Below, one piece after another: positions 1 to 12,880 of a stretch of 64,000 bases of DNA. The number at the start of each line of letters is the position of its first letter. The stretch's first letter is position 1. Origin of the DNA: Octopus vulgaris (lineage: Eukaryota); the NCBI GenBank assembly GCA_951406725.2, contig OX597820.1, positions 78,182,001 through 78,246,000 on the forward strand, read 5' to 3'. The notes beneath the pieces were generated by a model, which had not been told where the DNA came from, searched no databases, and saw only the letters and a list, made by a program, of their open reading frames with translations. A program made the translations under genes and the position numbers.

Positions 1-159
1 AATAAAGTCTATTATATATTCCATCTCCTATTTTGTTAATGCTCTTACCCCAACCGCCACTAGATGACTTCCCTGCAATAAATCTAGGGATAACAACAGG
101 TAATCGAAACTGTGCTGGCGTATTACTCATCATCCATTTATACATTTGTACAATTTCTC

Positions 160-525
160 CATTCACATGGTGCCAGGTTCAGTCCTACTGCGTGGCACCT
201 TGGGTAAGTGTATTCTTCTATAATCTCGGGCCGACCAAAGCCTTGTGAGTGGATTTCGTAGACGGAAACTGAAAGAAGCCCGTCGTATATATGTATTCGT
301 ATGTGTGTGTTTGTGTTTGTGTGTCTGTTTTTGTCCCCCCTCTCAACACCGTAACTCAGCGGTTCGGATGAAGAGACCGATAAAATAAGTACTAGGCTTT
401 CAAACAATAAGTCCTAGGGTCGATTTTCACGGTTATTTGGTATTCTAAAAACTGGATAACTTGGTACATGATGAAACACCTCATTACATGGTTTGCAGTC
501 AAATGACTGAAACAAGTAAAAAAAG
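160..525 (+). mobile_element. tRNA-derived SINE family A, 5'-degraded copy
   Basis: Matches the fuller copy at 49533-49940: B-box-like GGTTCAGTCC, GTGGCACCTTGGG...GACGGAAACTGAAAGAAGCCCGTCG, internal (TG)n, and 3' tail CAGTCAAATGACTGAAACAAGTAAA. Confidence 0.8.
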
Positions 526-589
526 AGAATATATATATAAATGTGTGTGTCTGTGTGTCCGCGCGCGCGTGTATGAGTGTGTGGTGTAT

Positions 590-800
590 GTCTGTGTTTG
601 TATTTGCCTCCTCAACCGCTTGACAGCCGGTGCTGCTGTGTTTAAGTCATCGTAACGAAGCCGTTCGACAAAAGACACCCTTAGAATAAGTACCAGATTT
701 TAAAAACTTACTGCTGGAATTGAATCATTCGACTGAGGAAATTCTTCAAGCCGATGCCCCAGCATGGCCGCAGTCTAATGACTGAGACATGTAAAATATA
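590..800 (+). mobile_element. SINE family A, 3' half
   Basis: CCGCTTGACAGCCGGTGCTG...CCCAGCATGGCCGCAGTCTAATGACTGA matches the family A 3' half. Confidence 0.65.
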
Positions 801-1831
801 TGGAAGTGTAACCGGTTTCATGGTGTTGGGCTACATATCAGTTTGCATGACAAACATATCTCTCGAGTCATTGTGGGATGTAATGTCTTTGCGAGCAACA
901 AGGATCATATGCCTTGTAATTTTGTGTGAGCCAGTAAGGCCAAGAGGGGTTTTCTCAGTTATAAATAACCAATTACTTGGAATTTCATTTACAGCGTATT
1001 TCCCTGGTGGCAACAATAGACAAATGGATTTTTCCATGAATGCATACTGTAGGCTGCCCTTTTATGCGCAGTTTCTCACAGAAGCAATGCTGATATTTAT
1101 GAGTTCTGCGACAGTATGAAGGGACTAGTCATCAATTAAGTTGGAAAGTCGTTTCACAGGGTTCTGGAATCACTAAATGAAGCCTGACAGGGAGATAAGC
1201 TTTTCACTTTGCCTACAATTAAAGGAATGCAAACGTTAGAAGAGTATAATCTCGTCTCCCAACACAGAGCCTATATAATCAATTCCAATGCAATAACATA
1301 AATCACACATCACTTGTCCTAAGATATTACCACCAAATAAAAATATATCTCAAATCAAACATTCTCGAACTAAACACAACCCAGATAAAGAGCAACACAT
1401 GTTCCTGCATAATTCATGTCCGACTTGAAACATTAATAACTTTTCTGTACAATTATTAGACGATAATATGACCCCACACAAGACATATCGTATAATAACC
1501 ATCCGACTCTTGAACTCATAACACGGTTCACTCAGCGAACTTGAAACACGAATTTCATCTAACAAATAAGACAACTCACATCGTTCACTTCACAAGCAAA
1601 TAAACAAATGCAGGCGAGTGGTAAAAGAGGCGCAAATAATATGGTTTTGCAATTATGAAGCTAGCATTGCAAACACACAGCTATATAGTTTCAAGTTCAA
1701 TTCCACTGCACGCCACCTTGAACTCACCAATACCTTCTGAATGAATTTTGTCGACAATAAGTGCATGGAATCTCGATGTATAGAGGTGTGTGTGTGTGTA
1801 TTCCCTCAAGTTTTATCGGCAAAAGGGTTCG

Positions 1832-2001
1832 AAAATATAAGGACACAGATTGTATCGCACAGTCAGCTGGAAAAGATGTCCTCTGGGGCTAAATTACAGC
1901 AACATTCGTCCTAAACCAGAACTGCCATGTTATGTTGGCAAATAATCTTCACTACAAAATACTGTTGCTAAATATCTCTCGTTTGTGAGATTTAGAAATA
2001 G
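1832..2001 (+). repeat. Partial copy of the HHR-bearing repeat at 56957-57430
   Basis: AAAATATAAGGACACAGAT...GGGGCTAAATTACAGCAACATTCGTCCTAAACCAG...GTTGGCAAA aligns with 57307-57420 and, reverse-complemented, with 56957-57125. Confidence 0.75.
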
Positions 2002-3261
2002 TAATTTTTATACAAAAATAAGTATGATGGAAAAAAGTTCTCAAGGGAGTTGAACAGCAGAAGCTCTTCAAAGAAGAAACTGTCTCTGGTTCAAGTGCTT
2101 CGGCCCGTAACTTCTTGCACACTAAGGTAGCCGCGTCCAGATCATGACTCCTGGGTGCCCTTCTGCTGACTTTTTTGAACCATTGATTGTGTGCATTTAA
2201 ACCGATTGGAGATTTCATCTAGTTGTAATTCCTCTCTGTAGACTCAGCTTTCAAGCTAATACTTAAAGCAGAAATAATGTTGGTTGCCATGGTAGCAGTG
2301 AAACGTCAAGGCTATTACAATGACTCAATCATAGTTACTTCCCTTAACGTTAAAACAAACGTATTACCTTCAAACGGTATGGAAGATGTTTTTGTTCCTC
2401 CTCGACAAGACCCAGCTCGAAGATCTCGACGCTGTCTTGGATTTGGACTTTATGGCTTTGGTGGTGTTCTTCCAAGAAACTAAGAATTGTTTCTACTAAA
2501 TCCCTGAAGATGGAGCTCCAGTATGGTCGCAGGGATATAGTTCGAACATGTAAAATATAAAAGATAAAGGTAAGAGCAGTACTAAAACAAGAGTAGAAAA
2601 CAACCTGCTAAATGCCATAGCAAAGCAAAACCGATACTGTCCATATACAGACAGTTCTGCACCTCCAAAAAGCCAATACAGGATTCATTAAAAAAAGCAG
2701 CAACTCGTTTATGGTGAAGTAGAAACTCTCATACAACGTTGAAAATAGAATGGGGATGATAAAATCTTGTGCCTATAAATCAGGGCTTAATCGAATTTCC
2801 TCTTTACGAATTTCCAGGAAATCAATGTAAAAATATGTTTCGTATTCATTTCCTGCCATCCGCTTCTGTTTTCTCTTGTAGTCAGCTTCTTACATCTCCA
2901 CGCACGAAACTCACGAACATAAACCAACATCAAAGAAATTATTATTGTCTGTTAATTTGACGCTGCAATGAAACCTGTTTATAGATTATCAACGACATGT
3001 CTATATCTATATAGATTGAAATATGGGAAGCAGTTATGAATACGATTAGACATGCAGAAACTGCATGAGAACAATTGACGTTATCATGATCAGTTCCTAA
3101 ACAAGATACGGTAGTTCCGAAGAATTTATTATATAACACGAATATTTCGTTCCGTATCATCATCATCATCATCATCATTATCATCATCATCATCATTTTC
3201 AGCAGCAGCAGCAGCATCTCCTTGACGTTGCCGTTGTTGTTGTTATTTTTTTTATTATTAT

Positions 3262-3500
3262 TTCCTTCTTTCTTCAAATTTTCTTCCGTTTCTCGCCGAG
3301 TATTTTCCGTAGGGGAGAGAAGCTCATTGTATGCATTCCCAGATTACACACACAAATTCACAGGTAAAATATGTAATTAAAAATATTAATAAATAAATAA
3401 ATTCATGAATAGATGTTGTTTTCACAGTGATAATGCTCTTCTCAGTACATGAGTCGTTCCAGTTAACACGATTTTTTGCACTTCCTGTGGGGATGGCAAG
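3262..3500 (-). mobile_element. R4/Dong-type LINE 3' end
   Basis: The reverse complement resembles the coding end and 3' UTR of the 5952-6920 element (CAAAAAATCGTGTTAACTGGAACGACTCATGTACTGAGAAGAGCATT; CTCGGCGAGAAACGGAAGAAAATTTGAAG). It abuts a trinucleotide repeat. Confidence 0.75.
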
Positions 3501-3719
3501 AAAAAAAGTCGATATATATGACAGGTTATCTTAAGAGGTTAAGCAGTTGCGGTCGATGAAAAAGGTGGTAGTAGTACCAATTAAAGTCGGATCCCTGGGA
3601 ACAGTGAGTAAAAATTTTGAGAAATACATGGAATAAATAAGGGTGGAACACTGGAATACTCCAGATGGTGCTTAGTGAACAGATGACACCATAGTACATC
3701 TGCAGAGGTAGAAGCTGTG

Positions 3720-5290
3720 CAGCCGCCCAGGTTTTGATAGATTCAATTTTATTCTGTCCGTTAAATTTCGACTTAAGTATCAGTCTCAGTCTGTGCAAGT
3801 ACTCCATCTTCAATTTTCTGTCGATTCTTTCTCCATCAATTTATCCATTTGCAATATCCCCAAGTACTTATAACCCGTCTCTTCTATCTGCTTCATAACC
3901 TCCCCCGACGGTATCGCTAGCCTGTCCATACATTTGATTTCGCATCTCTTCAAGACTAAAAAAAAAACACACTTTTTCAGTCCGAACTCCATTCTGATAT
4001 CAACACTGTATGTATACAGTGTATCAACGAGGGAACTGATTTGGGATTCATCGTTACCATAAAGTTTGAGGTTATCCATGAATAATAAAAGGTTGTTTCT
4101 TTGTTGGCAGCTTTTGAATACACATCCAGCCTTTGCATTCCTCAGAATTAGTGTTATTGGTATCATGCACAGTACAAAGATCAGTGGGGAAAGGCAGTCC
4201 CCTTGGAAGAAACCTCTCTTGATTTCTGTTGTCGTAAACTCCTTCCATATGCTGTCAGTTCCTTCCTCCACTTCGCTATACTTTTTTCGAGCAATCACAA
4301 TATTTTCTATATAAGTAGCCAACAGGATATCGGCCTGTAATTGTCTACCGTATTGTCTTTTTCTATGTTTTTCAAGCAAAACATTGTCCTACACATTGTC
4401 AACCACTCTGGTTTTACTTGGTCAGCATTTAACAAGGCGTTCAGTTGTGTAGCTATCCGTGCATTACATTCACCAAATCTTTTGATCCAGTAGCCTTGAA
4501 CTCCATCTGGTCCCGGGGCCCTGAAGTTGCTCATTTTTTTGCTGATTTCCATTACTTCCGACTGAAATGACTAGTTCTGCCTGTTTTGGACACACTGGTG
4601 TTTGTTTCAGTTCTTGCAACCATTCGGCATCCTTCTTGTACTCCTTGTCTTTGCTCCAGATGTCACTCCAAAACCATTGACTTTCAATGTTATCTGGTAT
4701 CAAACTTCCATCTGTACACTCTGTTTAAGTTATTTCTTTGTAGAAGCTCTTCTGATCTACTCTGAATAAACTATTCTACTGGAATCCTTTCGCTCATTGG
4801 TCGTATCTTTGCTTTATTTGCAACGTGGAGCTGTTTTAGTTCCTTCATTACCACATTCGGCTCCTTTCTTTCAATATAATACTTTCTGTTCAATGCCCTG
4901 TATTTTTCTATCGCTTTTAAGCTCTCCCTTCTCTTTTCGGTCTAATACAGAAATATCTTTCGAGAGCATATCTAACCCTGCCTGTATTCTTCTTTTCTAC
5001 CATGGATCTTTTCTTTTGTCACTCCCATTATATTTCTTTTTCTTGATATCAACATCCACATTTTCTACTACAAAATACTTGCTGCCTTGATGAAGGTATT
5101 TGTTTTTGTGTCGTTTTTTATATATTTCAGAATTTCATTCATGTTTTTCCTTTCTTTGTTCAGTTTCTACCGATCAACCTTTTTAAGGTTCTAAATAATG
5201 TCGCTATTGTTCTCCTGTAGCCATGCCTGTATTCTGTGGTAGATTGCCATTCACGTTTCTCTTTTGTCACCATTAGTTTTATTGACTTCT
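3720..5290 (-). pseudogene. R4/Dong-type LINE reverse transcriptase region, frameshifted
   Basis: Split ORFs carry RT motifs: APGPDGVQGYWIK, NYRPISC, IKRGFFQGDCLSPLIFVLCM, LLFMDNLKLY (YMDD-like), MEFGLKKC, YKYLGI. Confidence 0.9.
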
Positions 5291-5295
5291 AACAG

Positions 5296-5790
5296 ATGGT
5301 CAAAATGCCTCTCAAACCCGAAGGCATAATCGAAAATGATAATGCAAAGATCCTATGGGTTTTTATGATTCAGTTTGACCATGAGATACAGAATAAGAAA
5401 CAAGACATAGTGATAACTGAGAAAGAAAGCGAGCGATGTTGGATTATAGATATAACATGCCCAGCTGACGACAAGGTATGCAATAAGGAAAGAAAGAAAA
5501 GTATATAAATATGACAGGTTAGTTTGGGAGGTTAGGCAGTTGTGGTTGCTGCAAAAGGAGTTACTAGCATCAATAATTGTCGGAGACCTGGGAACTATGA
5601 ACAAAAATCTTGAGAATTACATGGAACAAATAGGGGCTGCAATAAGGGTGGAACACCTGCAGAAAACAGTACTGCTTGGAGCCGCTCGAATACTCTGGAA
5701 GTTGCTCGGAAAATAAGATGTGTTAACTGGTAGTGAACAGCTGACACCGTAGTACATCTCCAGCGTTAGAAGCTGTGTAAAGGCAATGAC
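5296..5790 (+). pseudogene. R4/Dong-type LINE REL endonuclease 3' end, degenerate
   Basis: PEGIIENDNAKILW...KQDIVI...CWIIDITCP is the PD..D REL motif. It runs into (TAA)n. A second fragment of the same subfamily lies at about 3515-3720. Confidence 0.8.
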
Positions 5791-5866
<76 letters not shown>

Positions 5867-5895
5867 TTAACAAAAACAAAAACAACAACAACAAC

Positions 5896-5951
<56 letters not shown>
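5786..5951. repeat. (TAA)n/(CAA)n microsatellite
   Basis: Read directly. Similar tracts lie at 6920-7020, 7772-7890, 8630-8695 and 8828-8917. Confidence 0.95.
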
Positions 5952-6920
5952 GCAACGAAAAAAGCGCACGAGCAATTGGCTGATAGGTGGGAGGAGAAAC
6001 CTCTGCACGGCAAATATGTGGCCCGTAGCAAACAAGCTGATGTTGACCAGAAGCAAACCCATCAGTGGCTACGGAGCTCAGGGCTAAAAGCAGAGAGCGA
6101 CGGTTTCATCCTGGCTGCTCAAGATCAAAGCCTATTAACCCGGAACTACCAGGCCAATGTGATGAAAAATGGAGCAGACCCAAAATGCCAAGTCTGCAAC
6201 GACATGATTGAAACAGTGGACCACCTAATCTCTGGATGTAAAGTCTTAGCACCAGTGGAGTATAAATTAAGACATGACAGAGTTGGCCAATATCTACACT
6301 GGCTAATAAGTCGGCATTACAATATCAAAACTGCCGACAAGTGGTATAATCACCACCCTGAGGCTGTAACTGAAAGAGAAAATGTAACGATGCTGTGGGA
6401 CTTTCCAGTATATACAGACCGAACCATCAAAGCCAATAAACCGGATATTGTTATGAAAGACCAAAACAATAAAGTTTGCTTATTGATCGACATGAGCATC
6501 CCCTGTGATCATAATATCTCGGCGAAAGAGTTTGACAAGCTCAGAAAATATAAAGACCTGCTCATTGAAATTGAGAAAATGTGGCATCTCAAGGCGGTTA
6601 CAATACCAGCGATCGTAGGAGCACTAGGAATGATCAAGAAGGGAACTGAAAATTATATGAGAATGATCCCTGGCTTACCATCCCTGCAAGAAGTGCAAAA
6701 GATTGTCTTAACTGGTACATCACACGTATTGAGAAGAGCATTGTCGATGTGAGAACTATTACTACCCATGTATTTTAATTTAACTTTAAAATAAAAATAA
6801 AAAATGAACGAACTATTGAGTTTAGTTTAATGGCCTACCAATGTATACTATGACACTTGCCCTAGGAGTCGGGAAGACACTCGGCAAGAAATGGAAGCAA
6901 ATTTGAAAGAAGAAAAAAGA
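5952..6920 (+). mobile_element. 5'-truncated R4/Dong-clade non-LTR retrotransposon inserted in (TAA)n
   Basis: Open C-terminal frame plus 3' UTR, with (TAA)n on both sides. Dong-type elements are known to target TAA repeats. Confidence 0.9.
5976..6752 (+). CDS. Partial ORF: CCHC knuckle plus restriction-like endonuclease of an R4/Dong LINE (no real start codon)
   Basis: KPLHG, AAQDQ, CQVC..ETVDHLISGC, YKLRHD, WDFPVYTDRTIKANKPDIV..LIDMSIP, K..KYKDL, IVGALG. Confidence 0.9.
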   Translation: MADRWEEKPLHGKYVARSKQADVDQKQTHQWLRSSGLKAESDGFILAAQDQSLLTRNYQANVMKNGADPKCQVCNDMIETVDHLISGCKVLAPVEYKLRHDRVGQYLHWLISRHYNIKTADKWYNHHPEAVTERENVTMLWDFPVYTDRTIKANKPDIVMKDQNNKVCLLIDMSIPCDHNISAKEFDKLRKYKDLLIEIEKMWHLKAVTIPAIVGALGMIKKGTENYMRMIPGLPSLQEVQKIVLTGTSHVLRRALSM

Positions 6921-6924
6921 TAAC

Positions 6925-6994
<70 letters not shown>

Positions 6995-7021
6995 TTAATA
7001 TTATTAATAATAATAATAAAG

Positions 7022-7378
7022 AAACAGTGATAGCTTGCCCGATGAGAGACATAGATGCTCTGGTAAAAGACAATAAAACTAATGGTGATATGAGAGATGG
7101 GTGAAAGGCAATCTACCACAGAATACAGGCATGGCTAAAGGAGAACGATAGCGACATTATTTACAACCTTAAAAAGGTTGATCGGTAGAAACTGAACAAA
7201 GAAACGAAAGATATGAATGAAATTTTGAAATACACGAGAAAAAAAAACGTCACAGAAACAAATAAAGGCAGCAAGTATTTTATAGCAGAAAATGTGGATG
7301 TTGATATCAAGAAAAAGAAATATAATGGGAGTGAAAAAAGAAAAGGCCCATGGTGGAAAAGAAGAATACAGGCAGGGT
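7022..7378 (+). mobile_element. R4/Dong LINE N-terminal fragment
   Basis: Reverse-complement match to 4975-5290 (GGCAATCTACCACAGAATACAGGCATGGCT...GGTTGATCGGTAGAAACTGAAC). Confidence 0.75.
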
Positions 7379-7379
7379 T

Positions 7380-7772
7380 CTTTCAATATGATATCTGGCC
7401 TATTCGCATCTATCTTTCTGTCAGTTTGAATGGTGAAGTTCCAGAGGAGTGAGATGTGGTCATTTTCAAGCACAGAAGGTGGTTTGTGTTCCCACCAGTT
7501 TTTATCATGGGGTAAGTCCAGGCTTTTGCAAATTACCCAGTGAATATATGGTGTAGCTCTATCATACCCATTGAGATACTCTGTAGGCGCAAGAAGACTG
7601 GACTTGGAGAAAACATGATCAATGGTTTCATTTTGTTGTTGACATACACGACATGTTGGGCTACTGCCGTTCTTCAATATGTTGGCCTGGTAGTTCCTTG
7701 TAGGTAGGCATTGATCTTGAGCTGCTATTATAAACCCTTATGTTTCAGATTTTAAGCCAGAGGCCATTCGCC
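7380..7772 (-). pseudogene. R4/Dong LINE CCHC/REL fragment
   Basis: CRVCQQQNETIDHVFS, HWVICK, WNFTIQTDRKIDANRPDII. It starts at a (TTA)n tract. Confidence 0.85.
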
Positions 7773-7783
7773 ATTATTATTAA

Positions 7784-7833
<50 letters not shown>

Positions 7834-7842
7834 TTATCATCA

Positions 7843-7891
<49 letters not shown>

Positions 7892-8057
7892 GTAAGGCGG
7901 TGATTGTGTAGAGACGTTAGCACATAGGACGAAATGGTTAGTGCTATATCCGGCTTTACCTTCTTTAATTCATCTTTTAGAGATGTAAGTGACTAGACTC
8001 CTCCCACAAAATTTCCGGCATTGTGCCTATAATAGCCACGATGATTATCATAACTGC

Positions 8058-8111
<54 letters not shown>

Positions 8112-8650
8112 CAGCAGCAGCATTTACTCTTATTTCACCTGATTGGTGTATTATGCTTTCTTCTGAACCAAAACTGTGATCTCTAATGAGTATTTCGTTA
8201 TATTCCTAGAACGGTTTTTTTTTTCTACTCTGCATAACTCTTTTCACTTTTCTACTGAGGACATTTGGATAATTTTTGCGAACCTAATAATCATGCTTTC
8301 TATTTCGTATCTACCCTTAGATTAGGATCAAGTTTTCTTTCAAGGCTCTGATGGCAAATGTTTTGTTTTTTTTATCATTTTTCTCTCTATTCTCAGTGTT
8401 CCGTTTTTTTTTGTTCTTTTTATGTTTTTTTTTTTGGCTTCTTTTTATTATGGTCACAAATGAGAATGTCATGTCAATTACAACACATAGCTTCTATTTC
8501 TTGTCAACAATATGGCCAGCGTGTTCTATTTTAATCAGCTACGTACCATCGTTTTTCGAGAGCTTGAATTTCCTGTTATCTTCCAATTCTTTATGGTGTA
8601 TATTTTTTCTCCTGAGCATCCACACTGATTACTATTATTATTTATAATTA

Positions 8651-8695
<45 letters not shown>

Positions 8696-8697
8696 GT

Positions 8698-8825
8698 TTT
8701 TTCCTTCTTTCTTCAAATTTTCTTCCGTTTTTCGCCGAGTGTTTTCCATACACCTAGGGCAGAGAAGGGCATTGTATGCATTCCCAGATTACACGCGCAA
8801 ATTCACAGATAAAATATATATTTAA
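8698..8825 (-). mobile_element. R4/Dong LINE extreme 3' end between (TTA)n tracts
   Basis: Near-identical to 3265-3385. Confidence 0.75.
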
Positions 8826-8840
8826 AAATTATTATTATTA

Positions 8841-8917
<77 letters not shown>

Positions 8918-8919
8918 TA

Positions 8920-9120
8920 AGGTAGCGAGCTGGCAGAAACGTTAGCACGACTGGTGAAGTGCTTTAGCGGCATTACGTCTGTCTGAGTTCAAATGTCACC
9001 GGGCTCGACTTTGCGTTTCATCCTTTCGGGGTCGATAAATTAAGTATCAGTTTCCCACTGGGGTTCATGTAATCGACTTAATCCCTTCCCCCAAATTGAG
9101 GCATTGTGCTTCCAGTAGAA
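8920..9120 (+). mobile_element. tRNA-derived SINE family B
   Basis: GGTAGCGAGCTGGCAGAAACGTTAGCA head, GAGTTCAAAT B-box-like motif, and GACTTTGCGTTTCATCCTTTCGGGGTCGATAAATTAAGTA core. Confidence 0.8.
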
Positions 9121-9222
9121 AATATTATTATTATTAATACTACTTCTACTACAACTACTACTACTACTACTACTGCTACTATTATCATCATCATCATCAT
9201 CATCATCATTATTATTATTATT

Positions 9223-9765
9223 GAATGTGAGAGCAACGCACCCCATTAAAGTGACACTGGTATAAAATATACAAAGCCCATTATACCCTTCATGACCACC
9301 CACTTTATTAGGGTGCATCAGACACATACACCCCAACCATATGTTCTCGACATGGTGATCTAATATGAAGATGAACATCGCATAACCTTGCAAGTGGGGC
9401 TCAGTTAGACATTTTCTTGGTCTAGTAGCCCACCCCGCACAAAAGATACCTGGATAAGAGTTGGTTAAAGATGATGAACAAAATACCAATGTTTCCAGAG
9501 GTGAATCATTCAAGACCCAAAGATGTCCTCTCAACACATGGCTATGATATTTCTCCACAACTCCTACTCGTGATTAGAGATGTACATATTGAACGCCGCT
9601 AAGGAACATACTTAATTGTTTAAGGTCAGGCAACAGATGAGCAAATCTGTGGTATTGAGCACAGTATATGCTGTACTTTATCTTTTATACGAAGACAAAA
9701 CATATACATAACACTTCAAATCAGTAATGATCAGGGACTATGAGAGCATTGCCCGGTCCTCCATT
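9223..9765. repeat. Unclassified, probably interspersed, repeat
   Basis: GC-richer non-coding block bounded by simple repeats. No second copy is present in the window. Confidence 0.3.
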
Positions 9766-9914
9766 ATGACATTTATTGTTGTTGTTATGATTATTATTAT
9801 TTTTCTTACTTCTAATTTGCATGTTTGTTACAATCACTTGCCCAGACACACCTAGCGTCCTTGGCGAGTGAAGGATAAGGGATGTTAAAGTATGACTGAA
9901 AGCTTATTATTGGT

Positions 9915-10478
9915 AAGGCGGCGAGCTGGCAGAATCGTTAGGACGCCGGGCGAAATGCTCAGCAGTATTTCGTCTGTCACTACATTCTGAGTTCAAATTC
10001 CGCCGAGGTCGACTTTGCCTTTCATCCTTTCGGGGTCGATTAAATAAGTACCAGTTACGCACTGGGGTCGATATAAACGACTTATTCCGTTTGTCTGTCC
10101 TTGTTTGTCCTCTCTGTGTTTAGCCCCTTGTGGGTAGTAAAGAAATAGGTGAGCTGGCAAAATCGTTGGCACTCCGGGGAAAATGCTTAACATCATTTCG
10201 TCCGTGTCTACGTTCTGAGTTCAAATTCCTCCGAATTTTACTTTATTATTATAATTTAGGTGTTATTGACAGGAATGGCTCGATAGATATTCGTTTCTAC
10301 TCTAGGCACAAGGCCCGAAATTTTGGGGGAGGAGGCCAGCCGATTATATCGTCTCCAGTATGCAACTGGTAATTAATTTATCGACCCCGAAAGGGTGAAA
10401 GGCAAAGTCGACCCCTGCGGAATTTGAACACAGAACGTAAAAATACTGCTAAGTATTTCGCCCAGCTCTCCGCCTTAC
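9915..10478. mobile_element. Two SINE family B copies, + (9915-10235) and - (10290-10478)
   Basis: GGCGGCGAGCTGGCAGAATCGTTAG...GGTCGACTTTGCCTTTCATCCTTTCGGGGTCG and its reverse complement. Confidence 0.8.
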
Positions 10479-11289
10479 GCTTTATGGCTCAATAGACATT
10501 AGCTCTGTAAAATGTAGCTTTTGCACGATTCAGAATGTTTCCGACGGCTTTTTTTTTTTTTGTCGGTTCTACAGATGAACTAATTTCTTTTCGCTGAGTT
10601 ATCTTTTCTCTGTTTCAGAATTCTCCCTTCCGGAAGTGTCCTCTTTTTGTATTTGCATCATTTAGCATTTTCTAAATAGAAAAATAAAACATGGAAAACA
10701 GACAGCAACACGAACCCAAGCGAAAGAATATCATTGTTCACGAGATAGGAATGTGTCAAACAGCAAGTAACAGATACGGCATTAAAAACAATGAGAGAGT
10801 ATGCAGATAAATACAAGCAGCTAGGGGTTCTTTTGATGATAATACCATTGTTAAATTCATAGCAGGGACATTGTAGCGGAAAATTTCCCGTCGAATGCTC
10901 GGGTGGTTTTCATAGATACTGAGCTAACATGAACAATTACAAGAAGCACGTCAATATAAGCAACAACAAAAAAAGAACATGTACAGCAAGAAAAGAAAAT
11001 ACAAAACAATGGTAATAACATGTATAAGAAAGGTAAGGAAATAACAAAAATGATGACAGCAAAACTTAACCCTTTAACATTCAAACGAGCCATATAAGCC
11101 CCAAATTTTCCACCTGCTTATGTTCAAACCAATGTGGCCCCTAACATCTAACTTACAATGTTATACTGATAATAAAGAATCAGATTTTGTCACCACCAGA
11201 TGATGCGTGATTAATATAAATTAATGTGAATAAATAAGCATTACATTTGATAGAGAAATATGAACACTAGAAAAAAACGAAAAAGTAAA

Positions 11290-11670
11290 TAAACGTTAGC
11301 ACGCCGGGCGAAGTGCTTACCGGTTTTTTGTCTGCCGTTACGTTCTGAGTTCAAATTCCGCCGAGGTCGACTTTGCCTTTCATTCTTTCAGGGTCGATTA
11401 AATAAGTACCAGTTACGCACTGGAGTCGATATAATCGACTTAATCCGTGTGTCAGTCCTTGTTTGTCCCCTCTGTGTTTAGCCCCTTGTGGAGAGTAACG
11501 AAATAGGCATTTCATCTGTCTTTATGTTCTGAGTTCAAATTCCGCCGAGGTCGACTTTGCCTTTCATTCTTTCGGGAGTCGATAAATTAAGTACCAGTTG
11601 CGTACTGGGGTCGAACTAATCGACTTCCCCCCTCCCCCAAATCCCGGGTCTTGTGCCTACAGTAGAAAAG
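11290..11670 (+). mobile_element. SINE family B with internally duplicated core
   Basis: The core GTTCTGAGTTCAAATTCCGCCGAGGTCGACTTTGCC occurs twice (about 11342 and 11526). Confidence 0.85.
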
Positions 11671-12346
11671 GATATGAATATTAAACATTAAAAAATATGT
11701 ATTCATCTTTGTCATTCACCAGTTCCTGGTAAAAAGATTTGTACCTTGAAATATTTTAGCCGTATAACTTGAACAAAGGTTATGAGACATCCAACCCAGA
11801 AGACGCTCTTTGAGATTTGCTTTCCCATTAAAGCCTTTTGCTTTGGGTGTTCGTGAACTCAGATATATTTTTAACGATGTGTGACGATTTTGAGTAAGGT
11901 TATGGTTCGCTTCGTTTTCTTCACATTCTTATCTGATCAAATTATTATTAGAACTTGTTTGCTTGGAATGTTCCTGCATTCAGTCGTAGTGTCTTTCGAT
12001 ATTGAGAGTTTCTTCTTTTCATGCAGCTCATGTCAGCACATACACTGCTCCTATCTGTATATACTGATATGTACCTTTTATATTTCACTTGTTTCAGTTA
12101 TTGAAATGCGGCCATACTGGGGTACCGCCTTGAAGAGTTCAGTCGTACAAATGGACGCAAGTACTTCTATTTTTCTTGTAACGCATGATACTTATTATGT
12201 TGGTGATTTTTCCACCCGCATCACTACCATACGTGGACATAAACAAACCAACACCAGTTTTCAAGTGGTGGTGGGGAAAGCTCACAGAGAAAGACACACA
12301 CAGATATATACGTATGTTTGGGAAATATATATACATGCATACACAT

Positions 12347-12394
<48 letters not shown>

Positions 12395-12395
<1 letters not shown>

Positions 12396-12649
12396 AAATA
12401 ATAGTTATCGCCATACTAATATGGCATTCCTATAAAAATAAGAAAAAAGCTGTCCGCTTATTACTAGGTTATATGGATGCAGTTTGTGTATCAAATAGCT
12501 AACTTGGGGCGATGGCCTCATGGAGCTAATAAGCGGACAGCTTTTTTCTTATTTTTATAGGAATGCCATATTAGTATGGCGATAACTATTATTTTCCGGG
12601 AACGCTGCCGCTGTTCTCTTTTAGAGAGACTTAGTTATTTTAATATTTC

Positions 12650-12650
<1 letters not shown>
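12395..12650. repeat. Terminal-repeat fragment with a perfect 69-bp inverted duplication, in (TA)n
   Basis: Arms at 12395-12463 and 12527-12595. Homologous to 56316-56500 in the opposite orientation. Confidence 0.8.
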
Positions 12651-12698
<48 letters not shown>

Positions 12699-12718
12699 CA
12701 TATATATATATAAATATA

Positions 12719-12775
<57 letters not shown>

Positions 12776-12778
<3 letters not shown>

Positions 12779-12821
12779 CCTTGTGAGTGTATTTGGTAGA
12801 CGGTAACGAAAGAAGCCCGTC

Positions 12822-12880
<59 letters not shown>

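Noticed and set aside
800-850. HHR-like CTGAT...GAAACCGGTTA on the minus strand
   Set aside because: The core is incomplete and there is no convincing helix I.
9915-10010. tRNA gene at SINE heads
   Set aside because: A/B-box-like motifs run into SINE bodies, and I could not build a complete cloverleaf.
10590-10960. Possible host exon after a polypyrimidine-CAG
   Set aside because: No convincing open frame, donor site or recognisable peptide. Small exons cannot be excluded without RNA data.
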